A DNA stretch of 37,877 bases, taken from the NCBI GenBank assembly GCA_033764315.1, contig JANRJA010000014.1:1-37877 (forward strand), given 5' to 3'. Source of the DNA: Oculatellaceae cyanobacterium bins.114 (GTDB lineage Bacteria > Cyanobacteriota > Cyanobacteriia > Elainellales > Elainellaceae). How positions within the stretch are numbered: position 1 is the stretch's first letter; each line of letters begins with the position of its first letter. Position numbers and translations under genes: made by a program. Positions 29,435 to 37,877 of the stretch are shown here, piece after piece. The notes beneath the pieces are model-generated. The model was given only the letters and a program-made list of their open reading frames with translations, was not told the DNA's origin and did no database searches.

Positions 29435-29842
29435 AGATAAGGTAGGTGACGCACCAGAAGGGGGGGACAACGGAGACGACAAACACCGAAAGCATATTAG
29501 ATTGGACTGTACAAAGAATGGGCGATCGCTGATGCGTCACCTCAACTTCTCTGATAGCAGCGTTTAACCCCTAAAATCAATTGATTCAATAATTTAGCCG
29601 TAACTGTGCTTCAGTTGAACAAGTGAAGCCTATGAATTGGACAGCTATTGACCGTGAGGAATATTGGTAGTTTTTGGGAAATACTAATATAAATAAATAC
29701 TACAAAAGCAGTATTCCTGTCAATAAAGAATAATCTTTTTACCCTTCCATTAAATCTCTTAGGTATCCAGAGTTTTGTGTAGCAACCAGTGTAGCGACCC
29801 TCTTGTCGGTCATGCTCTAAAAGGCAGCATTGGCGACTCAAG

Positions 29843-29945
29843 TCGCAGCTACAGAAACGAAATCTGCCTCCGCAGGTTACAAAAAGCCTGGATTAGTTTG
29901 AGTTTGCAACGATGGACTTGGATTTTGTAGTTTTAACCGCCAAAA
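29843..29945. repeat. Degenerate copy of the REP element seen inside 1276-1440
   Basis: CGCAGCTACAGAAACGAAATCTGCCTCCGCAGGTTA...GTTTTAACCGCCAAAA parallels CGCGGCTAGCATAGCGAAATCCGCCTTCGCAGACTA...GTTTTAACCGCCAAAA. Confidence 0.55.
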
Positions 29946-29982
29946 CTATCTCAGATATCTTCTAGTGATATGAAGTCTCACC

Positions 29983-31407
29983 TCAAGTATCTGTAGAGCC
30001 TCTCGTATTAAACAGGTACTCCATCACTAACTCCTGCAAGAAATAACGGGTCGCATCAACCTCAACCAGTGCCCGTCGATTGAGCGATCGCAAGACTTTC
30101 ATCAACTCTATCCCAGACATCTGCTGCTGCAATGCTTGTTGTAAATCGCGCAAGGCCACTGGCTCACCCATTTGCTGAAGATATTCAACAATTGACTGTT
30201 CTGCCTCTGAAAGACGCCTCAACTGTTGAGCCAGTCGAGGATACATCTCTTCGGGGATCAGGGGATCGCTAAATTGTTCTAGAAACCAAGCAACGTTTCC
30301 CCCAAATACCTCTCGAATCGTCGTTGCGATCGCACTCAAGATGAAAGGATGTCCCCAATAGCGTCGTGCGATTTCTCGCCACTGATAGTCCGTTCCTAAA
30401 CAGCGTTTGTCTATTAATAGCTCTTGAGTGCCAGTTGCCCCTAAACCTTTTACGGCCACCGAGTGAACATATCCATGATTTCCCTCCGTTTCACTGATTT
30501 CTTTGGGGTTCTCCCAACTCGTTATGATTAAGCAACTCTCATGAGTCGTAACGGCTACCTGGCGCAACAGATCACCATAGGCTTTGTACTCTGCTTTGTA
30601 AGAACCATCATGCACTCCACTCTCTAACACGGCCTCAAACCCATCCAAAATTATGAGGCAGCGATGCTGAGTCATATATTGCATAAAGCAAGTTAAATCC
30701 CCGTTGCTTTCTTGATGACCCGAACAATGGTAGGTCAGATCTGCTAACACATCGGGCAATAGCGGAGCTTGTTTGAGCGATCGCCAAATCACAAATTCAA
30801 ATTGATCACGCACTTTAAGGGCCAATTGCAGAGCGATCGCTGTTTTTCCAAAACCACTTACGCCATAAAGCGACAGCAACCGACACAAGTTAACTCGAAC
30901 AACATCGTTTAAGCGATTGAGAAGGCTGGTATGGGTATAAAAAGGATTTGCAAAAGGTGCCTCACCCCAGTCAATACAAGGATAGGGGGTTAATGGAAAC
31001 AGCGTATCAGTTAAATCAATTGCTGACATAGAGACAGGCGATCGCCCTTGGGCTGATTCCTCCTCAGAAGCCGAATGCGACATCTCTTGTTCGCCAGAAA
31101 CAGGGTAAGGGGCAGCCCCGATTGCCCCTTCATTCGCTTGTTGTCGTGCTCGATAGACGCAGTTTTGTAAGGTGCTTTTTGAAACCTTCTCGCCCAACAC
31201 CTCTGACAAAAGTTTCCACAATTGATAGCCGACATTACGTTTCAGATGGTCTAACGAACATCGATCTTCATGCTCTTGATGAATGATCTTGTAATCTTTG
31301 CCAGCCCAAGTCCCGAGAAACACAAATCTCTGTAAATCAGTCAATCGTTTGCCCTGTCGAGACAACAACCCATCGACAAAGCTTAAGGCCTCCTCAGCTT
31401 CCATCAT
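29983..31407 (-). CDS. HTH-NB-ARC (STAND NTPase) protein lacking C-terminal WD40/TPR sensor repeats
   Basis: N-terminal HTH LTDLQRFVFLGTW.GKDY..I...VGYQLWKLLSEVLGEKVSK, DWGEAP, Walker A GVSGFGKT, Walker B CLIILDGFE, winged helix ending YFLQELVMEY then stop. Confidence 0.88.
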   Translation of the reverse strand: MMEAEEALSFVDGLLSRQGKRLTDLQRFVFLGTWAGKDYKIIHQEHEDRCSLDHLKRNVGYQLWKLLSEVLGEKVSKSTLQNCVYRARQQANEGAIGAAPYPVSGEQEMSHSASEEESAQGRSPVSMSAIDLTDTLFPLTPYPCIDWGEAPFANPFYTHTSLLNRLNDVVRVNLCRLLSLYGVSGFGKTAIALQLALKVRDQFEFVIWRSLKQAPLLPDVLADLTYHCSGHQESNGDLTCFMQYMTQHRCLIILDGFEAVLESGVHDGSYKAEYKAYGDLLRQVAVTTHESCLIITSWENPKEISETEGNHGYVHSVAVKGLGATGTQELLIDKRCLGTDYQWREIARRYWGHPFILSAIATTIREVFGGNVAWFLEQFSDPLIPEEMYPRLAQQLRRLSEAEQSIVEYLQQMGEPVALRDLQQALQQQMSGIELMKVLRSLNRRALVEVDATRYFLQELVMEYLFNTRGSTDT

Positions 31408-31448
31408 GCTTTTGGTATAGATGCACACCTCTGTCTATATAGTGTAAG

Positions 31449-31588
31449 GCTGAACTTTGCTGAACAAAGCTGAACTCTCTAAAAATATTTAGTTTTGTTT
31501 AACAGTGAAATCTACTAACTGAACTTTGCTGAACTTTATAGACCTGCCTGTTAAAAAATCACACTGAAGATCGCTGAAATCTTCTGAA
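31449..31588. promoter_or_regulatory. Array of eight CTGAA(C) direct repeats in three clusters with exact 10-bp spacing; candidate operator
   Basis: GCTGAACTTT GCTGAACAAA GCTGAACT (31449-31476), ACTGAACTTT GCTGAACTTT (31518-31537), ACTGAAGATC GCTGAAATCT TCTGAATT (31563-31590). Confidence 0.65.
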
Positions 31589-31908
31589 TTGAAGGGTTTT
31601 GAGAATCCAAATAGAGTAAATACATCACCTCCAGTAATGCGCTCTATTGCATCAGTCTTTCGTTGATTTAACACAGGAGTTGATCTGATGTCGCCATTGC
31701 AAAGTTGGTTTCGACGATGAATAACACGCGATGTTTATCCATCTCATGGTGTTTCTTCGAGTGACCTTACTCACCTTGACCATGAGGCGATCGCATTGAG
31801 GCAATTGAGCCTATAACACTCAGTTGAACTCACGTTTAAGTCACAAATTGGTTAGCTTATTGCGCTAGCAGAGCCGTTTTACAACCGGCTCACCAGGTTT
31901 AGGTTGTT

Positions 31909-32008
31909 ATACCAATTTAATTTTTGATTGTGACAGATCACTGGGTAGGGGCGTTTCGCGGAACTCCCTTACGGAATCATGTGCAGCGAAGCCAATTCAA
32001 ATGGGTAT
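31909..32008. mobile_element. 100-bp MITE (ATACC.ATTT...AAATGGGTAT ends)
   Basis: Terminal inverted repeats and central GTAGGGGCGTTTCGCGGAACTCCCTTAC palindrome. Second copy at 23893-23992. Confidence 0.8.
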
Positions 32009-32202
32009 TAGCCGTTGTAACACCACAATACAAGTTAAATCCACAGCAGTTTCGATGTTTTGTCTTTGTGTTTAAACTCAAACGATGTTGCATTTGTAAA
32101 CACAAATATTACTACTTTGATTACTTCCAAAGAACACTTTAGTCACACAAAAAAGACTTTTTCGGCTTATTTTCCTACCTCACTAACAACACTTTTTCAA
32201 CT

Positions 32203-32757
32203 ATGGTTCAAGTCTCAGCCCCACTCGATTACGAGAATCATCTAGAGCTGCGTTTAGTCAAAGACAAGAAACCCGATCCTCCTAAAGGTAATGGAGCAAC
32301 AATTGTAACTGTAACTGTAACTGTAGCTATAACATTCGCCTTATCGTTAGAATCCAGCTTGATTTTTCCACCACCCGGTAGTTCAGACGATCCACCAGCG
32401 ACCAGCGTTTCTTTTGAAACTGGAAGTGGTGGGGGGGACAAGCCAACATCAGTACCACCAGAGGAATTACCCTTTCCCGCCACCCCTGATCAGAAACTTC
32501 AGATTAATGATTGCAACGGCGTGTATTATGCTGGAGCAAACTTCCGAGTTGAACCAGCCCTGACCCCTTTGGTCATTCGAGGGGTGGTGCCAGAAGGAGA
32601 ATGGGTAACACTTACCGGGAAAACTGATTCCGCTGATGGGATTATTTGGTATCAGGCTACCAATGATTCAGAACTGGAATTCTCGATTGAGCCAGGTGCT
32701 CAAAACCGAACACAGGCGAATCAAACAGGTTGGATTGCGGCTTGCTTTTTAGACTGA
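32203..32757 (+). CDS. Membrane-anchored protein with Pro-rich linker and C-terminal SH3b-like domain
   Basis: Hydrophobic [20 protein letters not shown] linker, GANFRVEP...GEWVTLTG....DGIIWYQ...TGWIA. Confidence 0.7.
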   Translation: MVQVSAPLDYENHLELRLVKDKKPDPPKGNGATIVTVTVTVAITFALSLESSLIFPPPGSSDDPPATSVSFETGSGGGDKPTSVPPEELPFPATPDQKLQINDCNGVYYAGANFRVEPALTPLVIRGVVPEGEWVTLTGKTDSADGIIWYQATNDSELEFSIEPGAQNRTQANQTGWIAACFLD

Positions 32758-33903
32758 TCGAATCACCAATTGTTTACGAATAGCTCGATAGAGCGTATCG
32801 CGTTGACGAAAGGGACGACCAATGGAGTGAATGGCAGATTGCAATTCTTCTACTGTTTTACAGGTTCCTCCCTGAGCACCTGCCATCGAGGTGATGTGTT
32901 CTTCCATCAATGTGCCGCCAATATCATTGCAGCCCCAAGTCAAAGCTTCGGTTGCGCCATCTAAGCCTAACTTCACCCAACTGGGTTGGTGATTGTCGAT
33001 CCAGTTCCCTAAAAAGATACGGGCTACAGCCGTCAGCAGGAGAGCGTCTGATAAGACAGGTTGATCGCGCCCGACTCGTTTCCGCAGTGGTTTGGGAGCA
33101 TCTTGTCCGACAAATGGCAACAAGATGAATTCTGTAAAACCGCGATCGCCCCGTCTAGCATTTTTTTGTTGAAGCGATCGCAACAACCCCAGATGTTTCA
33201 TCTGCTGTTCGGGGGTTTCAATATGTCCTGACAACAGTGTGCTGGTGGTGGGCATACCCAACTGATGGGCGGTTTCCATAATCTCTAGCCATTCAGCCGT
33301 ATTGATTTTTTCAGGACAGAGAATTTTTCGCACCTCATCATCCAACACTTCAGCTGCCGTTCCGGGCATCGACTCAACGCCCGCATCCTGCAAGTCAGCA
33401 ATCACTTCGGCAAAACTCAAGCCATCTTCTCGTGCAATGAATTGCACCTCTTGGGGGGAAAACGCATGCAAATGAAGTTGGGGAAAGGCATCTTTGATTA
33501 ACTTGACAAGGCGGATGTAATAGGACAGCGACTTGCCATCAATTTTTGCCTCGGTATGCAATCCTCCTTGCATACAAATTTCTGTGGCTCCCCGTTGAAC
33601 CCCATCTGTTACTTTTTCTAAAATAGTGGCTTCGTCTAACCAATAGGCTCCCTCTTCTCCTTCATCTCGACGAAAGGCACAAAAGCTACAGTGCTGTTCG
33701 CAGATGTTAGTGAAGTTGAGATTGCGGTTGACCACATAGGTTACGGTTTCTCCAACCTGCTGTTGCCGCAGTTGATCAGCCGTCTGGCGAATAGCGGCGA
33801 TCGCTTTATCATCTTGTTGTTGCAATAAAACAACCCCTTCTGCTTCGGTCAAGTCAAACCCTGCTAAGGCGCGATCAAGAATCGAATCAACCGTTTGAGT
33901 CAC
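32749..33903 (-). CDS. cofH: FO synthase subunit CofH (radical SAM)
   Basis: [24 protein letters not shown] (CxxxCxxC), [42 protein letters not shown] start near 33903 inferred. Confidence 0.92.
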   Translation of the reverse strand: MTQTVDSILDRALAGFDLTEAEGVVLLQQQDDKAIAAIRQTADQLRQQQVGETVTYVVNRNLNFTNICEQHCSFCAFRRDEGEEGAYWLDEATILEKVTDGVQRGATEICMQGGLHTEAKIDGKSLSYYIRLVKLIKDAFPQLHLHAFSPQEVQFIAREDGLSFAEVIADLQDAGVESMPGTAAEVLDDEVRKILCPEKINTAEWLEIMETAHQLGMPTTSTLLSGHIETPEQQMKHLGLLRSLQQKNARRGDRGFTEFILLPFVGQDAPKPLRKRVGRDQPVLSDALLLTAVARIFLGNWIDNHQPSWVKLGLDGATEALTWGCNDIGGTLMEEHITSMAGAQGGTCKTVEELQSAIHSIGRPFRQRDTLYRAIRKQLVIRSV

Positions 33904-34152
33904 CACAGCCCATTTACCAATGACATTACTTTTAATTGTGCCAGCTAAACGGGACTGACCCGATAATTCTATAAATTGAGACAACGCCCCATCAGGGTTG
34001 CAATCGGTTCCAGCCTAGTCCTGGAAAGACGTCCAACCCCTTAGCCCAACTTTAGACGCACACGTGGGATGAAAATGGGGATCACGAAACTTGCCAGACT
34101 GACTTTCACAAGAGAACCCCACACCCTACACCCCATCCCCCAACTCCCCTCC

Positions 34153-35517
34153 CTAAGACTTGGCTTCATTAAGAGATTGCATCAATTGTTCAACAAAGTT
34201 AGTGTAGACCTTGCCCTCAGCAAACTCTTTGGTTTCCAAAATCTTTTGGTGAAACCCAATAGTGGTAGACAACCCCGTGATGGCGCACTCTCGTAAAGCA
34301 CGTCGCATACGGCGAATAGCAGAGGGGCGATCGGGTCCCCAAACAATCAACTTGCCAATCAAAGAGTCGTAATAGGGTGGAATCTCGTAGTCGGTATAAA
34401 CATGCGAATCCATTCGCACACCAGGGCCGCCAGGTGGCAGATAACCACTAATGCGACCGGGGTTGGGGCGGAAGTTATAGTCGGGGTCTTCTGCATTGAT
34501 CCGACATTCAATCGTATGTCCTCGAAATTCGACCTGTTCTTGGGTCAGGCGCAGGGGTTCTCCTTGTGCAATGCGAATCTGTTCAGCGATCAGATCCAAT
34601 CCGGTGATCATTTCAGTGACGGGGTGTTCTACCTGAATTCGGGTATTCATTTCCATGAAATAGAAATGCCCTGATTGATCTAACAGAAACTCAATCGTGC
34701 CTGCTCCGACATAATTAATGGCTTTGGCAACCCGAACAGCAGCACTTCCCATTTTTTCCCGCAACTCTTGACTGAGGGCTGGACTAGGAGCCTCTTCAAG
34801 GAGTTTTTGATGGCGACGCTGAATCGAGCAATCGCGCTCTCCCAAATGGATCACATTGCCATAGGTATCTGCCAAAATTTGAAACTCAATGTGACGAGGC
34901 CGTTCAACAAACTTTTCTAGATAAACCCCAGGATCACCAAAGGCGGCATCGGCTTCGCCTTGAGCGGCCATAAAAGACTTCACCAGTTCTGCCTCGGCTC
35001 TGACTAGGCGCATTCCTCGACCACCTCCGCCAGCGGTGGCTTTGATCATGACAGGATAGCCAATCTGTTGAGCGATCGCCAAGGCTTCCCGTTCATCGCT
35101 TAACAACCCCTCGCTTCCAGGAACGGTTGGCACCCCAATTCGTTTCATGGTGTCACGGGCGGTAGACTTATCTCCCATTGCCCGCATGGAGTCAGGGGAA
35201 GGGCCGATAAAGGCAATCTGGTGATCGGCACAAATCTCGGCAAACCGAGCATTTTCTGCCAGAAACCCGTAACCCGGATGAATCGCCGTGGCGTTGCGGG
35301 TTAAAGCGGCTGCAATGATGTTGGGAATGTTGAGATAGCTTTTGCTACTGGGAGGTTCACCAATGCACACCGCCTCATCCGCCAATTGAACATGAAGGGC
35401 ATGGCGATCGATTGTCGAATGCACCGCAACGGTAGCAATGCCCATTTCTTCGCATGTCCGGAGAATGCGGAGAGCAATCTCACCTCGATTAGCAATCAAA
35501 ATCTTGTCAAAACGCAT
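34153..35517 (-). CDS. accC: Acetyl-CoA carboxylase biotin carboxylase subunit
   Basis: [59 protein letters not shown]. Confidence 0.97.
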   Translation of the reverse strand: MRFDKILIANRGEIALRILRTCEEMGIATVAVHSTIDRHALHVQLADEAVCIGEPPSSKSYLNIPNIIAAALTRNATAIHPGYGFLAENARFAEICADHQIAFIGPSPDSMRAMGDKSTARDTMKRIGVPTVPGSEGLLSDEREALAIAQQIGYPVMIKATAGGGGRGMRLVRAEAELVKSFMAAQGEADAAFGDPGVYLEKFVERPRHIEFQILADTYGNVIHLGERDCSIQRRHQKLLEEAPSPALSQELREKMGSAAVRVAKAINYVGAGTIEFLLDQSGHFYFMEMNTRIQVEHPVTEMITGLDLIAEQIRIAQGEPLRLTQEQVEFRGHTIECRINAEDPDYNFRPNPGRISGYLPPGGPGVRMDSHVYTDYEIPPYYDSLIGKLIVWGPDRPSAIRRMRRALRECAITGLSTTIGFHQKILETKEFAEGKVYTNFVEQLMQSLNEAKS

Positions 35518-35888
35518 CGTCCAGGTCGTGTCGGGTGAGGGGCAGGTAAGACAGCCTGTTCCGAGTCAACCTGAGTTGTTGTGCCTCAGCCGTACTGCAA
35601 TAAAAAAATGAAGACGCGCAAATTCAGGCAAATGCGGCGATTCGGAATGTCGTACCAGAGATTTATCCTATCACGGAGGGGGAATGAGGAAAAAAGGAAA
35701 AAAGAAGAAGGAAGAAAAAAAGAGCCAAGAATTGAAGGCTAAAGGATAAAAAGAAGAAGGAATCAAGTCTAGAGCTAGAGCCTGACATGAAGCAATAGGG
35801 CATGTCGCAAAACGTCTTTAACAGAGGCTTGAGACATCCAATAAGAGATTTAAAGACCAAAAACACGCGATGTGCCCTTGAGGGGTTT

Positions 35889-35954
35889 AGCTCCCGGGTT
35901 TTTCGTTAGAGCTGCCTGAAAGGTACCCAGTTACATCCCTAGAAACCGGGATCT
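35889..35954. repeat. 66-bp AGATCCC(C)GG-family element, degenerate
   Basis: AGCTCCCGGGTTTT...AGAAACCGGGATCT; same length as 16943-17008. Confidence 0.5.
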
Positions 35955-36071
35955 GGAATAGTCACACATAGGGCAAAAGCTAAAGAATAAAAACCAATCG
36001 GACACTCTAAAGCCCCCTTGATCTTTACTCTTTAGCTTTCTTTTTTAGCCTTCAGTTTTCCCAGACCTTAA

Positions 36072-36791
36072 CTAGTTCTCAACGGGTGCCAGTTCGGTCG
36101 CGCCGCGAGTCCGACGACGAGTCAAGCTGTTGAACAGCATTTGCCCGATCGCTTTGACTAGATTGCCTTCTAGCTCCTGGAACATCTTCATGTTCATACC
36201 AAACGCCGCATTAGCTTCATTCACAATGCGATCGCCTGTAGCTTCATCAATCGGCATTTCATCCAACGCTTGGCGATAGTTGGCTTTGAATGCCTTCTCA
36301 TCAGGAATATCAGCAAACTCGTAGAACGCAATGCCTTCGCCCTCAGAGAGGTTCATCGCCCGCTGAGCAATATTCTTGAGAATTTGCCCGCCAGACAAAT
36401 CACCCAAATAGCGGGTGTAGGAATGAGCAATTAACAATTCTGGCTCAGTATTTGAGATCTCACGAATCCGTTGGATATACGCTTGAGCTGCCGCAGAAGG
36501 AGCCACTTGCTCTCTCCAGTTATTGCCAAAATAGTAGTGTAAATCGTGTTCAAGACTGGCTTTGCGATTTAGCTCAGGATAATAAATTTTGGAAAGAATA
36601 GGATGCTGACGATGACGCTCCATTTCTTCTTCCATCGCAGAATAGACGAAATAGAAGTTAGCCACCAACTTACGGTAAGATGTCTTTTCTACAACGCCTT
36701 TTAAAAAGCATTTGACGAAGCCAACATTTTCAGCCATTGTGTGAGCTTTTTTGGTGCCTTCCCGCAACTTAGTTGCCAAATTACTGCTCAT
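36072..36791 (-). CDS. ho1: Heme oxygenase 1 (biliverdin-producing)
   Basis: MSSNLATKLREGTKKAHTMAENVGF, AHSYTRYLGDLSGGQIL. Confidence 0.96.
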   Translation of the reverse strand: MSSNLATKLREGTKKAHTMAENVGFVKCFLKGVVEKTSYRKLVANFYFVYSAMEEEMERHRQHPILSKIYYPELNRKASLEHDLHYYFGNNWREQVAPSAAAQAYIQRIREISNTEPELLIAHSYTRYLGDLSGGQILKNIAQRAMNLSEGEGIAFYEFADIPDEKAFKANYRQALDEMPIDEATGDRIVNEANAAFGMNMKMFQELEGNLVKAIGQMLFNSLTRRRTRGATELAPVEN

Positions 36792-37067
36792 GCTATTAAG
36801 TCCTAACTAAAATGTCTCGACACTAAATTTTTTTACTGGAGTATCAGTCCTTACCAAAAGACTCGAAATCCATCTAAATTGTTACAGTAGTCTGATTTGA
36901 TGAGAGTTTTTGTTAAAAATTCTTACACTAACTTGAGGATGGCGATCGCCAAGCCCGTCATCGTCTCAATGGCTTGACCGATATAGGGTTCTAGCCAGAC
37001 ACATAGCTACAGGCTCAGTTGCAAAAGTTTACTTGAAGTTACAAACAAACAAAATTAGTTTTATCGA

Positions 37068-37754
37068 TTATCGAGTCACTTCTAACAATCGAGAGAAGTA
37101 GAAGCGAGTCTTTGTCATTGCTTGTCGCTGTACCGTCCAGCCATTCGCCTGCAAAATGCTGACAACATCTGATTCGCGGTGCAAATAGGCGCGAGTGGCT
37201 TTACTGGGGCCTGGGAAAAAGTCACCAATTTTCTTCAACAGCGTGTAAGCCAGGGTTTTTGGGGCAAAGCTGAGAATCAAACGCGAATCTGCCAAACTGC
37301 TGAGATGAGCAATCATGGCAGCCGCTTTGTCTTGAGGATAGTGAATTAACACGTCTAAGCAAATGACGGTGTGATAGTGACCGCTTAAAGCTTCTAAATC
37401 TTGAACTGCAAATGTGGGGTTGGTAGTTTGCCCCAACGCCTCAGCCGCCCGTGTTTTTGCCTCGCCCACCATTTTTTCAGAGATGTCACTGGCGTAAACG
37501 ATCGCCCCTGCCTGAGCTAGAGGAATGCTGAGACTGCCGACTCCACACCCCGCATCACACACGGTAAGTCCTGCCCAATTACCATCCGCATTCAACCACG
37601 ACAAGACCGTATCTACAGTCTGTTGATGTCCTTGACGAATATCGAGTTGAACTTTGTTAACCTCACCATCGCCGTAAATGCGCCGCCAGCGATCGAACCC
37701 TGTGGCGTTGAAATAGTCTCGGACAACCGTTTTGTCATCTACGCCATTCATCAT
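37068..37754 (-). CDS. chlM: Magnesium-protoporphyrin IX methyltransferase
   Basis: DDKTVVRDYFNATGFDRWRRIYG, VCDAGCGVGSL, ICLDVLIHYP, FPGPSKATRAYLH. Confidence 0.96.
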   Translation of the reverse strand: MMNGVDDKTVVRDYFNATGFDRWRRIYGDGEVNKVQLDIRQGHQQTVDTVLSWLNADGNWAGLTVCDAGCGVGSLSIPLAQAGAIVYASDISEKMVGEAKTRAAEALGQTTNPTFAVQDLEALSGHYHTVICLDVLIHYPQDKAAAMIAHLSSLADSRLILSFAPKTLAYTLLKKIGDFFPGPSKATRAYLHRESDVVSILQANGWTVQRQAMTKTRFYFSRLLEVTR

Positions 37755-37832
37755 TTGCAATTTTTCTTAAACGTTCCACTGATAAATCTTAACGCAGAAA
37801 GGGGACGGAATGGGGGAGATGGGGGTGGGAGG

Positions 37833-37877
37833 GAGTTTTGAGTTTTGAGTTTTGAGTTTTGAGTTTTGAGTTTTGAG
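37833..37877. repeat. Heptamer tandem repeat (GAGTTTT)n, STRR-like, running off the window end
   Basis: Six full units plus a partial unit. Confidence 0.9.

Noticed and set aside
35663-35866. 67-aa Phe/Leu-rich ORF (and similar 16813-16998, 5937-6206)
   Set aside because: These are translations of purine/pyrimidine-skewed heptamer repeats, not credible proteins.
1-37877. High frequency of GCGATCGC
   Set aside because: This is ordinary cyanobacterial HIP1, useful only as a taxonomic clue.

Overview
Cyanobacterial chromosomal segment, probably from a filamentous strain (very frequent HIP1 GCGATCGC, heptamer repeats, chlM/ho1/cofH/accC). Both ends fall inside repeats, so the window may be a whole contig. 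In order it holds: a partial poly-HAMP kinase; several small membrane or unknown genes, including a 56-aa ORF missed by the ORF track; PhzF; a 733-bp segment bounded by 19-bp direct repeats with a 10 x 21-bp tandem array; an LRR-Roc-COR (Roco) protein; four minor type IV pilins; an ABC exporter; a hybrid histidine kinase with an N-terminal ribbon-helix-helix domain; a PrmA-like methyltransferase; a PPC/beta-propeller/M23 protein; a CHRD-ECF sigma-anti-sigma-HK-DM13 cluster; a sensor-less HTH-NB-ARC (STAND) gene preceded by a phased CTGAA repeat array and flanked by an unknown gene and a divergent SH3-like gene; then cofH, accC, ho1 and chlM. Intergenic regions carry many REP/MITE-like elements. 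The best candidates for new biology are the STAND-operator module, the RHH-fused kinase and the direct-repeat-bounded 21-bp array. All calls come from reading motifs by eye; no database searches were run.
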